Of a stretch of 64,000 nucleotides of DNA, positions 42,148 to 51,852 are shown in pieces. The number at the start of each line of letters is the position of its first letter. Within the stretch, counting starts at the first letter, position 1. This DNA comes from Spirochaetota bacterium (GTDB lineage: Bacteria > Spirochaetota > UBA4802 > UBA5550): the NCBI GenBank assembly GCA_963664815.2, contig CAXXHB010000003.1:3168001-3232000 (forward strand), read 5' to 3'. A program made the translations under genes and the position numbers. Under the pieces are notes generated by a model. That model saw only the letters and a list, made by a program, of their open reading frames with translations. It made no database searches and was not told the DNA's origin.

Positions 42148-42172
42148 GTGCGAAGAACACGAATTAATACTA

Positions 42173-43015
42173 TTAGTGTTCAATTAATAAAAAATTCATA
42201 ATTGGAAGTATTTCACCAAATAAATCACCATTTTCTAAAGTAAGAAATCTATTTTCTATATCCGTTGATTTTAAATGTTCAATTATTTTAAATTGATTTT
42301 CGAGAACAAATTTTTCTATTTCTCCCATCTTAATTCCGAATTTAATTACTTCATCTTTCAAACCTATATCTATAAGGTCTTCACCATTTAATATTGTTTG
42401 GAAATCAAAACCCAATTTACTTCCAGTCCCAGAATTCTGCCTTATTTTTTCCAGCATTGAAATTACAGTTTTGCCTGATAAATAAAACGTAACACCTTCA
42501 CATATAAACAAGGTTTCTTTGTGTGTATCATAGCCATATTTTTGAAGTAAAAACATGAAATTATCTGTTTCAAAATTAACAGAAACATATGAAATATTTC
42601 TATGAATGTTTATATTATTATTGTTTAAAACTTCAAGTTTATATTCCTGTGTTGGTTTTGAGTCCACTTCAAAAATCTTTGTATCTCTTATTGAATTACT
42701 AAATCTATATGACCGACTATCATAACCAGCTCCCAGAAAGACTATTTGATCGATATTATTTGTTAACTCATTTATGAATAATTCATCAAAATACTTTGTC
42801 CTTGATATCACATATTCATACAATCCTTTGGGTAAAACTTTTTTTAAACCTTCTCTTGAATCAATATAAGCAAGAATTTTTTTTTGATCATCTGTTAAAA
42901 ACAATTCGGCCAAAGTATCATTGGTTTTAATTTTTTCAATTTTTTCGTAATTTGAAAGAGCACGTAATGATAGTGTAGCAAATGCAGTTTCCGATTTTTT
43001 GTTATCAATACCCAT
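42173..43015 (-). CDS. SAM-dependent methyltransferase, leucine carboxyl methyltransferase-like
   Basis: RTKYFD, QIVFLGAGYDSRSYR, FEVD, ICEGVTFYL. Confidence 0.88.
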   Translation of the reverse strand: MGIDNKKSETAFATLSLRALSNYEKIEKIKTNDTLAELFLTDDQKKILAYIDSREGLKKVLPKGLYEYVISRTKYFDELFINELTNNIDQIVFLGAGYDSRSYRFSNSIRDTKIFEVDSKPTQEYKLEVLNNNNINIHRNISYVSVNFETDNFMFLLQKYGYDTHKETLFICEGVTFYLSGKTVISMLEKIRQNSGTGSKLGFDFQTILNGEDLIDIGLKDEVIKFGIKMGEIEKFVLENQFKIIEHLKSTDIENRFLTLENGDLFGEILPIMNFLLIEH

Positions 43016-43044
43016 AAAATGATCTCCTAGTTTTAAAGTGATTG

Positions 43045-43680
43045 TTAATTCTTCATTAAATCGCAAAAAAAACTTAAAGTTTTTATCATATACTTCACTG
43101 TTGATTCATTATCAATTAATCCATTTTGAGATATGAAATATTCTTGAGTGAGGGCAATAGAAACATAATTATATTGTTCGGCAAATAATTGTGCATCGAT
43201 AGGCTTAACCATTTTTCGTATAATCATTTTTTCGATTAGGTTTTTGTAGTAGTTTACTGGTTCGCTTACCATGTATTTATGATATGTTTCTGCTGCTAAT
43301 GAATTTCTAAATTTCTCATAATGTATAAACATTGCAACATCCTGAAGCATTTTGCTTATTTGACTGCCAACTTGAAAAACTATAAATTTGAATATTTCTT
43401 CAGGTAACATAATTTCTAGCATTCTATCAAGCTCTACATCAGAAGGTCTTGATTTATAAGTTTCTTCTGCAAAAAACTTGAATAAAGAATCCCTGATGTC
43501 TGCTTTATTCTTAAAATGATTATATAAAGAGCTCTCTTTTATATCTAGAAGACTAGCAATTTCCCTTAGAGAAACACTATCATATCCCTTATTTGCGAAT
43601 AAGTTTGCAGATACCTCAAGTATCTTATTTCGCGTATCTATCCCAGTTTTGCGCTTTTTTTTATTATTTTCTGATTGCAT
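43045..43680 (-). CDS. TetR/AcrR-family regulator
   Basis: LFANKGYDSVSLREIA..SSLYNHFKNK. Confidence 0.92.
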   Translation of the reverse strand: MQSENNKKKRKTGIDTRNKILEVSANLFANKGYDSVSLREIASLLDIKESSLYNHFKNKADIRDSLFKFFAEETYKSRPSDVELDRMLEIMLPEEIFKFIVFQVGSQISKMLQDVAMFIHYEKFRNSLAAETYHKYMVSEPVNYYKNLIEKMIIRKMVKPIDAQLFAEQYNYVSIALTQEYFISQNGLIDNESTVKYMIKTLSFFCDLMKN

Positions 43681-43813
43681 ATATCCATTAAACTATCAAA
43701 TGATAGTTTTATCAATAATTATACTAATAATTGATAGCTCAAAAGAATAAAAAAGATATTATTATGAAAGAAGAATGGTTTTAATATAGGAAAAAAATAA
43801 ATTTGTGCTTTTC

Positions 43814-43872
43814 GCATAACTGATTACTGTAAGCAATTCCTGATTATACATGAATTTTACAGCAAGTTGAGA
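43814..43872. other. Short attC-like hairpin at the right end of the array
   Basis: GCATAAC..CTGTAA.AATTC / GAATT.TTACAG..GTTGAGA; mirror of the cassette edge at 42145. Confidence 0.55.
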
Positions 43873-44320
43873 ATTGTCAGACGGGGCTATATGAATTTCA
43901 TTTTTATTCATTACTTAACTTACTCATCATTGCAACCGGCTATTAATACATATCAGGATTGTCTATATTTCAATACTTCTTTAGTATTCAAATAAATATT
44001 ATATATTTTATACAAAATCAGTAATCACGTTATTAAGCTGGCTGCCGTGCAATGAAGGAATATGAAAAAAATGTTACAAGCACAAATCATGCCGAAACTG
44101 CTGCATTTGGGCCTGGTTTATACCCCTTCTACCTCAATGTATCCGCTATCTGTTCGCCATGTATTCGCCATCTATCCGGCGAACTAACTTCAGAATTTTT
44201 TTTGCTTTTCCCGGAAATTTTTTAAATTCTTCTGTTTCAGACGTATTAATGTTATGTAAGGATGCCGGGGGGAGCATTATAACGCGCTATCGATAATCCA
44301 CATCAGTCCCATTACCGCTC

Positions 44321-44758
44321 CTCCCGGTTTCCTTAACTACACCGCTCCCCGGGTGTTTTTAAGTGAAACGAGAAATGTCCCGAGGGGATCACTACCGGAA
44401 AACTGTTTTCTTAAAACATATTAATAATATCAATCTTTGAACACGATTACAGGATTTAAGGATTAACGGGATTTTCTGCAGAGTGAACAGACATCAGGAC
44501 AGGTGCTCCCTGCATATCTCTTTGATACTGTTCGTAATGAAATATTATCAATATGCCCGTGTCAGCTATGAAACCGCATCTTCAAGTTTCTTAAACCACA
44601 CCGTTCCCCGAGTGTTTTTAGTGAAACTGGAAATGTATCGAGGGGATCACTACAGGATCTCCCGGTTTCCTTAACCTCACCGCTCCCCGGGTATTTTTTA
44701 AGTAAAACCGTAAATGCTTTATCCTCCCCTCGCCATTTAGAGAGGGCCGGGGGTGAGG
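44321..44758. repeat. Cluster of three ~60-75 bp REP-like repeats plus a GC-rich palindromic element
   Basis: CACCG(C/T)TCCCCG.GT.TTTTT..GT.AAAC at ~44340, ~44599, ~44678; CCCCTC..GAGAGGG..GGGGGTGAGG at 44723-44758. Confidence 0.6.
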
Positions 44759-44889
44759 TCTGCATCGTGCATCATCTGGTTCAGATTCAAATTCACTGCA
44801 GATTTATGACAAAATTCCGACTCTGTTTACAGAGTATTCAGTTTCGCCTACATTTCGCTTCAATTACGCCTCAAACACGCTACTGACAG

Positions 44890-45429
44890 TTAAAAACGCG
44901 CGTTTTTCTCTGTCAGTAACGGAGTTGAAACGGTATTGAAACGGTTTTTAACAGGGTCTACATACTGCTTAAGTCCTGTTTTAACAGCTTCACCTCTGTC
45001 TTTTGCTGCATTAATATTATTCTCCCCATCTGCTGATCTGCTGTTTTCTGAACAGTAACAGGTATATTCTGCAACTTCTCCGGAAGCAGATACAACCACC
45101 GCATCCCCTGTTCCGCCGTTTCCCGATGGAGTAACAGGTGAACCGGGTGCAATGCCGCGAAGGTATTCAGACATAAAAAGGTTATACCCTGACTTTCTCT
45201 TCCTCTTTGCCCTGTTTCTGTAGAGAGCCTTCTCCTCTTCCGGAAGAACCTGCCAGGCCTTAACACCGCCGCCGAAATTACCCCTGCACTTCACCTGCGG
45301 TTCAGTTCGCGGATTAGCAGGAATTGTACGTGCTTTAATGTAGATTTTACCATAGCGTCTGTAAAACACAAGATCGCCCATACCTCCATGCGCAGTTCTT
45401 AAATAAGGATGAAGCTTTACTTTTGCCAT
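44890..45429 (-). CDS. Basic hypothetical protein, possibly DNA-binding
   Basis: AAGGAG RBS; Lys/Arg-rich N-terminal 90 aa. Confidence 0.6.
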   Translation of the reverse strand: MAKVKLHPYLRTAHGGMGDLVFYRRYGKIYIKARTIPANPRTEPQVKCRGNFGGGVKAWQVLPEEEKALYRNRAKRKRKSGYNLFMSEYLRGIAPGSPVTPSGNGGTGDAVVVSASGEVAEYTCYCSENSRSADGENNINAAKDRGEAVKTGLKQYVDPVKNRFNTVSTPLLTEKNARF

Positions 45430-45707
45430 AGATATACACTCCTTTATTGCTGTTATATTTTATCGTTATTTATATAGAAACTTATGTCTCTAATAACCAG
45501 TGCGGAAAAGCAAATGACATGGGGCAAGCATAATTTTTAAAAAAGTTACCAGATTGGATTACGGACATGTTGCTTTGCCACCTCCGGGGGTGCGGGGGCT
45601 GAGCGGTTACGGCTGCTGAATGTATATTTTACAAGCAATGTGTACTCAATGAGTAATGGCTATACACCCACTTTAACAAAGCTGGTGTATAAAATAATTC
45701 GCTGCAC

Positions 45708-46961
45708 TCAGATATACTGCCGGTAAAAATTTAAGTGCTTTTCAATATAATGGTAAACAAGATTTATCCGTTCAATGTTGTCTTCAGAATAACTTCCAAA
45801 AGTAGTGATTGTTACTGCGTCATCAAATGTTGAAAATGTGAATTGTATGGAACTGTTTCTTTTTAATGATGCAACAAAGAAGGCATTGGTTATTTTTGAC
45901 CCGTCAAATTGAAAATCTTTTTTATCCAGTACCCCTATATTCGTTGCCGAGATGACAGGTTTCATTATTTTCTTTTTTATTAACCGGAAGAAAAGCCGTC
46001 TTGGCAGCAGGCTTCTGAAAAATCTGAGACTTAATAAGTTTCTGTACCCGGGCATGTTTAATTTTATTTTCTTCAGTTCCGAATGGATACTCAGTAATAA
46101 TTCTTCTTTATTCCTGTTGTTACAGAATATTGAGACTTTTTCCATTGATGAAGCATTGATATATGGATAGAGAAAGCGATTATGGTCATATCTCCTGGCA
46201 TCAATCATCATTGATATATCCGATACCTTATTCAGTTTAAAGAGTCCGGAATCAATTAATGCAAGGACGAAAGCAGTCATCATATAATCATTAACGGTAA
46301 CTCCCTTTGACCTGCAATATCTCTGAATCTCAGAATAACCGGTTTTATCTGTTTTTGTTGTAAAAAACACTGAACCATATTTCGATGGTCTGTTCTCTGA
46401 TTTTTTGCCGGGTGTCAGAAATCTGTTCACTGTCTCTGAATTTCTTCTTTTCTTCCCTGCGGGCTTTAATATTGTGAATATATCCCGCTCTGCCGATACT
46501 TCTTTTTTATTGATTGTAACTCCGTTATATATTCCGGACAAAAGGGTTAAATAGTTTTTGAATCCTGTGCCGTCAAAAACCATATGATTTACTGTTATAA
46601 CAAGAACATCATTCTTTTGAGATCGTAAAACAGTAACATTCAGCTGAGGGGCGGTATACTGATCCACATGTTTCTCAAGTGTTTCTTTCAGCAGTGAAAA
46701 AGAAAAATCACCTTCAATTATATTAAAATAGTTTTTTTCAAAATCGCAGGAATCACTCCCCTCCCACAGTAAATCCGTTCCATTTACAATCAGCCTGCTG
46801 GCAAGAACCGGCACATATTTAAAACTCTCCCTGATTGCGTATTGTAATCTGCCGCTGTCTATTCTTTCATTAAACTCAATCACAACGCGGATTTGATGGT
46901 CATTTGCCACTTCCTGCAGATATAGATATTCATCTAATATTTCAACATTATATGCACTCAT
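45708..46961 (-). CDS. Condensation-domain (CoA-dependent acyltransferase) protein
   Basis: NHMVFDG (HxxxDG) motif, VTVNDYMM, TNIG. Confidence 0.8.
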   Translation of the reverse strand: MSAYNVEILDEYLYLQEVANDHQIRVVIEFNERIDSGRLQYAIRESFKYVPVLASRLIVNGTDLLWEGSDSCDFEKNYFNIIEGDFSFSLLKETLEKHVDQYTAPQLNVTVLRSQKNDVLVITVNHMVFDGTGFKNYLTLLSGIYNGVTINKKEVSAERDIFTILKPAGKKRRNSETVNRFLTPGKKSENRPSKYGSVFFTTKTDKTGYSEIQRYCRSKGVTVNDYMMTAFVLALIDSGLFKLNKVSDISMMIDARRYDHNRFLYPYINASSMEKVSIFCNNRNKEELLLSIHSELKKIKLNMPGYRNLLSLRFFRSLLPRRLFFRLIKKKIMKPVISATNIGVLDKKDFQFDGSKITNAFFVASLKRNSSIQFTFSTFDDAVTITTFGSYSEDNIERINLVYHYIEKHLNFYRQYI

Positions 46962-47277
46962 GATATAACTCTTTACGCCCGTTTGTATGATTAAACACAT
47001 TAATTGCAACATTAAAAAAGCTTTATATTAAGGGGGGACAGCCATATTAAAAGCTCTTTCTTTTCTTTAAAATCTGCAGGTACACCTATGTTAACAGTCA
47101 GATGTATTAATGTAGTTACCCGGCGGAAAAATAATATACAACTATAATATAGTTGAAAATAATGTAACAGATTATTATTAGTGTCAACAAATGGTTTTTC
47201 ATATTTCTGCATAATCTTCAGGGTTTTGCAGCATAGTATTGAATATGACAATCAATATCTCAAAAAGGACTTAAAAA

Positions 47278-48342
47278 ATGTACAACAACATTGAAATATA
47301 TGCCGGCGATAAAGCAGCAGAGATAATCCGCAGCAGGGGGCTGAAAGAGAACGACATAAAGGCCATTGTCGGAGCTTCCGGAGGACCCAAGTTTCTTGTA
47401 CTTGCAGGATTCGACAAGGTTTTACTTGACTCATGGTTTAAGAAGAGGAAGGAACCGCTTTACTTTATCGGCTCATCCATCGGCGCATGGAGAGGGGCTG
47501 CGTTTTCAACCGGCACCCCGGCTAAGTCTCTTGAAAAGCTTACACAATCCTACCTTAAACAGCAGTATTCGGAAAAGCCCTCGGCAAAGGATGTAACCGA
47601 TGAGAGCATGAAGATAATAAACGGCTTCCTCAGTGATGAGGATATAAACTACATAATAAACAGATCGGTTGTGAACCTCAACATTATTTCAGCACAATGC
47701 AGGGGATTGTCCTCCAGCGACAACAGCGCGGCACTTGCGCTTTCACTTTTACCATCTGCCATCTTAAATATTGCAAGCAGGGAACTTCTTCTGAAAATCT
47801 TTCACCGGACGCTTTTTAATGACGGAAGAAATACCCCCCCTTTCAGCGGCATATTTAAAAAAAAGAATATTGTAAAACTTACATCAGAAAATTTCAAACA
47901 GGCGCTCCTCTCCTCCGGGTCCATACCTTTTGTAATGCAGGGGATTAAAAATATACCGGGAGCGCCGGCAGGCACCTACAGGGATGGCGGGCTTACCGAT
48001 TACCACATTAATATAGATTTCGGCATTGAAGATGGAATTGTTCTGTTTCCCCACTTCAGCAGCAAGGTCACTCCGGGCTGGCTTGACAAAACAGTTCCAT
48101 GGAGAAGAGCCGACAAAAGCCTTTTCTCAAATACAGTACTTGTCGCCCCGTCAAAAAGTTTCATAGACAGCCTCCCAATGGGCAAAATTCCGGACAGGAA
48201 AGATTTTAATACATTCGTCGGCAGGGATAACGAAAGGCTCACATACTGGAACGAGGTTATTAAAAGAAGTTCGATTATCGGAGAGGAGTTTATGGAGGCT
48301 GTTTCAGGCGGAAAAATTAAAGATGTTATTAGAAGTTTTTAA
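47278..48342 (+). CDS. Patatin-like phospholipase family protein
   Basis: GASGGPK, GSSIG nucleophile, SGSIPF, DGG. Confidence 0.85.
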   Translation: MYNNIEIYAGDKAAEIIRSRGLKENDIKAIVGASGGPKFLVLAGFDKVLLDSWFKKRKEPLYFIGSSIGAWRGAAFSTGTPAKSLEKLTQSYLKQQYSEKPSAKDVTDESMKIINGFLSDEDINYIINRSVVNLNIISAQCRGLSSSDNSAALALSLLPSAILNIASRELLLKIFHRTLFNDGRNTPPFSGIFKKKNIVKLTSENFKQALLSSGSIPFVMQGIKNIPGAPAGTYRDGGLTDYHINIDFGIEDGIVLFPHFSSKVTPGWLDKTVPWRRADKSLFSNTVLVAPSKSFIDSLPMGKIPDRKDFNTFVGRDNERLTYWNEVIKRSSIIGEEFMEAVSGGKIKDVIRSF

Positions 48343-48369
48343 ACCGGGGTGTTGTTAATCACCCCGGTT
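48342..48369. terminator. Terminator-like hairpin
   Basis: AACCGGGGTG / CACCCCGGTT immediately after the stop. Confidence 0.65.
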
Positions 48370-48440
48370 CATGTTTATATTTTTCTGAATAACTGTTCAT
48401 GGTTTCATATTATAGTATTTCACGAAACGATTAGCACTAT

Positions 48441-48521
48441 GTCATTCCGGCCGTAGTGATAACGAAGTGCCGGAATCTCATAATACTTGTTCTATGGGAT
48501 TCCCGCCTTCGCGGGAATGAC
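48441..48521. repeat. GTCATTCC...GGAATGAC palindromic miniature element
   Basis: Terminal GTCATTCC/GGAATGAC with internal ATTCCCGC..GCGGGAAT hairpin, between convergent genes. Confidence 0.65.
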
Positions 48522-48626
48522 AATGAGTATACTGATTCAATTGTTAACAGCTATAGTTACCTGATTCAGGTAAATTTTACTGCTGAACAGATGAATCTGT
48601 TTTTTAAAACATGTTTTCTGACGACT

Positions 48627-50468
48627 TCACTCCTCATACATCGAATCTATTACGTCTTTATACTTTTCCATAATCACCTTTCTTTTAATTTTAAAGGTAG
48701 GAGTAAGCTCACCGCTCTCCTGGGCGAAATCCTTTGCAAGAAGAGTAAACTTTTTAACCTGTTCTACCTGGCCAAGGGCCGCTGTTCTTTCATTGATTCT
48801 GTCTCTGAAAAACCGGACTATAGCAGGATTCTTAATAAGCTCCTCCCTCGAAGAGTACTCTACACCATTTTTTTTGCAGTATAATTCCAGCTGTTCGTAG
48901 TTGGGAACAATAAGCGCTGATACGTATTTCTTCCCGTCGCCGATTGCTGCCGCCTGTTCAAAATAGATATCCTCTTTAAGAAGTGTTTCAATCTGCTGAG
49001 GTGCAATATATTTACCGCCGGATGTTTTAAACATATCCTTGAGCCTGTCGGTAATTACAACATAACCCTCTTCATCGAGATGCCCTATGTCGCCGGTTCT
49101 TACCCATCCGTCTTCAGTAAAAAGTTCTTTATCCAGATGAGGCTTGTTCCAGTATCCGGGCGTCTGGCTCGGGCTTGTGGCCTGAATTTCTCCCTCGGGA
49201 GATATCCTTACCTTCATCAGCGGAACCACCGGGCCGCATGTGCCGAACTTGTTTCTCTGCGGATTGGACACGCTTATTACAAAGCATTCCGTCATCCCGT
49301 ATCCCTGCAGAAGGAGAACTCCGCAGCTGAAAAAGAATTCAGATATCTCACCGGAAAATGCCGAACCTCCGCAGTTGTAAACCTTGTTTCTTCCGCCGAA
49401 CAGGTTCCGTACTTTTTTCAACACAAGAGTATCTGCTATTTTAAACCTGAATTTTAATCCGAATGGTATCGGTTTCATCTCTTTTTTCAGATATGCGACC
49501 TGTTTCCCTGTGTTTATTGCCCAGTTGAAGAGTTTCTGTTTCTTCTCCGGAGCCTGGCTTATTCCATCCTGAACCTTGGAGTAAATTTTTTCCCAGAGCC
49601 TTGGAACACTGCACATATAATGAGGCTTCGATTCAAGGAGGAACTGAAGCAGAACATCGGGTTTTGCCTCGTGGCAGTAGTCAACCCGGGCATTGCTGCA
49701 TAAAATAAAATAGCTCCAGGCCCTCTCAAACACGTGGGCAAGGGGGAGAAACGCCAGGTTCACATCAGATTCAATAATAGGGATATAGTAGCCTGTGGCA
49801 AAGAGCATCGCGAGCCAGTTTTTGTGAGTAAGCTTAACACCCTTTGGCTCACCCGTTGTCCCTGAAGTATATATCAGTGTTGAAAGGTCATCGCCTGTTG
49901 CATCAGCAAGCAGTTTTTCAACTTCATCTTTTTTTGATGATTTTTTACCCATTTCAATAAAATCTTTATAAAGTATAACCTTGCTGTTGTTTTTATCGTA
50001 GTTTATCCTGTGATCAATTACTATAAGCTTTTCAACCTGCGGAGAGTCTTTAAGTATACTCACCGCCTTGTCGTAATGTTCCTGTTTTTCCACGAAGAGT
50101 ATTTTAATGCCGCAGTCATTAACTATATACTTCAGCTCCTCTGCTGAATTTGACTGGTAAATCAGCACCGAACATGCGCGGATTGAAAAGCATCCGAAGT
50201 CCGCAACTGCAAGTTCCACCCTGTTATTGGAAAAAACTCCGACAAAATCTCTCTCCCTGACTCCATACTCAAGAAGTCCCATGGCGCATGAATCGATGAG
50301 ATCGGCAAATTTCGCCCAGCTGAACTCCTCCCACTCTCCAAAAGCCTTATGCCTCACAGCTGTTTTACTGTTCCCGAATTTTTCCGCCCTTTTATGAACC
50401 ATTTTACCCAGATGGTTATCCTTCGCGAGAAAATCCTGAAATTCCTTTTCATAATCCACATTACTCAT
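48627..50468 (-). CDS. Long-chain-fatty-acid--CoA ligase
   Basis: YTSGTTGEPKGV, QGYGMTE, RTGDIG, DRLKDMFKTSGGKYIAPQ. Confidence 0.95.
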   Translation of the reverse strand: MSNVDYEKEFQDFLAKDNHLGKMVHKRAEKFGNSKTAVRHKAFGEWEEFSWAKFADLIDSCAMGLLEYGVRERDFVGVFSNNRVELAVADFGCFSIRACSVLIYQSNSAEELKYIVNDCGIKILFVEKQEHYDKAVSILKDSPQVEKLIVIDHRINYDKNNSKVILYKDFIEMGKKSSKKDEVEKLLADATGDDLSTLIYTSGTTGEPKGVKLTHKNWLAMLFATGYYIPIIESDVNLAFLPLAHVFERAWSYFILCSNARVDYCHEAKPDVLLQFLLESKPHYMCSVPRLWEKIYSKVQDGISQAPEKKQKLFNWAINTGKQVAYLKKEMKPIPFGLKFRFKIADTLVLKKVRNLFGGRNKVYNCGGSAFSGEISEFFFSCGVLLLQGYGMTECFVISVSNPQRNKFGTCGPVVPLMKVRISPEGEIQATSPSQTPGYWNKPHLDKELFTEDGWVRTGDIGHLDEEGYVVITDRLKDMFKTSGGKYIAPQQIETLLKEDIYFEQAAAIGDGKKYVSALIVPNYEQLELYCKKNGVEYSSREELIKNPAIVRFFRDRINERTAALGQVEQVKKFTLLAKDFAQESGELTPTFKIKRKVIMEKYKDVIDSMYEE

Positions 50469-50723
50469 GAAATCCCTCCAATACTGAACCCGTTTTTTAT
50501 GTCTGTGTAAAGACAAGTTACACCATAAAAAAGATAAAGTCTTGCCGATGTATAATTTTTAAAATGAGTAAATTTCGTAAGTTATAATTCTGAAAGAATC
50601 CCGGAAGATATACTGCCATACGCAGCATATGGTTTCTGCTGGCACAGTATCAAAACAGCCCTATTTATCATTGACAGCGTTACAATAAACTAATAATTTT
50701 ATTAAAATAATGGAGCCTGTATT

Positions 50724-51848
50724 ATGACACATAAAATTTTATATTTCATCATGTTTTTCGGCCCGGTTTTTGCGCTTATAATATCAATCGGACAGATGAT
50801 ACAGGCAAAAAAGAGACTGATCGATTACCTCTTCGCTCTTTCTTTCTTCGGGATGTCTGTCTGGATGTTCCAGATAGCGCTTTTCAGCACAGAGCTTATA
50901 AATAACTGGCAATACGCCTGGTACCTGACTTTTCTTCCGGTTCCCCTTATATATATCATCCCCCCGATAATGGTTTTGAGATACAGGTGGGTTCTTGCCA
51001 GTACATTTAAAATTAAAAAGGCTCATGCATATTTGATAATTCCATCTGTTATATCACTTTTAATATTTCTTTACTTCCCGTTTTCAGGACATGGCGATGT
51101 TTCAAGGTATTATCCCGGGTTACCTGTTATGGGGGAGAGATTTGCCCGGCTTCCTCTTTATTTTAAAATTACCTACATAACCGCAATAATACCCAATCTC
51201 TATGTCTCCGCTCTTATGACACCTGTCCTTATTCAGATGCTCCCGGTGTGGAGACGCGACCACAATAACAGAATTTCAAAACCTGCAAGAATGGGTTATA
51301 TATCAGCACTCTCAATCGCTGTTACAAACATAATGTGTCTCGCCGGTTACATATACTCTCTTGACCTTGTAATAATCTCACTGATCGCAGCAAACGCGGC
51401 TACCATATATGTCTATCTTGTCACACAGCGTCATCCGGACTATCACCGCCTCCTCAGAAGCGAAACAAGAAAGGCAAGTTATGAAAAATCAAGGATAACC
51501 GGCCTTGATGTAGATGTTATCTGCACGCGTCTGAACGAGCTTATGCACGACGAAAAGGTTTTTGCCGATGAAGATCTCTCCCTCCGTGACCTCGCCGGCG
51601 AGCTCGGCATAAGCGCCCACCAGCTCTCTGAAATACTCAATGAAAAGATGAAAAAAAATTTCAACACATTTGTAAATGAATACCGCGTAGACGAGGCAAA
51701 AAATATGCTTGTAGAGGAACCGGGGAGATCCATACTGTCCGTGGGAATAGCTGTGGGCTTCAACTCAAACACAACATTCTGCACGGTATTTTCCAAAATT
51801 GCGGGAGAATCTCCAAGCCACTACAGAAAAAGGAGACTTAACGGGTAA
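50724..51848 (+). CDS. Membrane-anchored AraC-family regulator
   Basis: Multi-TM N-terminus; HQLSEILN..FVNEYRV..VGFNSNTTF. Confidence 0.9.
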   Translation: MTHKILYFIMFFGPVFALIISIGQMIQAKKRLIDYLFALSFFGMSVWMFQIALFSTELINNWQYAWYLTFLPVPLIYIIPPIMVLRYRWVLASTFKIKKAHAYLIIPSVISLLIFLYFPFSGHGDVSRYYPGLPVMGERFARLPLYFKITYITAIIPNLYVSALMTPVLIQMLPVWRRDHNNRISKPARMGYISALSIAVTNIMCLAGYIYSLDLVIISLIAANAATIYVYLVTQRHPDYHRLLRSETRKASYEKSRITGLDVDVICTRLNELMHDEKVFADEDLSLRDLAGELGISAHQLSEILNEKMKKNFNTFVNEYRVDEAKNMLVEEPGRSILSVGIAVGFNSNTTFCTVFSKIAGESPSHYRKRRLNG

Positions 51849-51852
51849 TATC

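Noticed and set aside
44321-44716. CRISPR array
   Set aside because: Units are long, diverged and irregularly spaced, with no unique spacers of constant length and no cas genes.
48431-48439. TTAGCACT as a second CIRCE
   Set aside because: Only one half-site, lying between convergent gene ends.
48456-48884. Short ORFs antisense to or nested in long genes (this one and many others in the track)
   Set aside because: They overlap well-supported genes or repeats and have no recognisable motifs.
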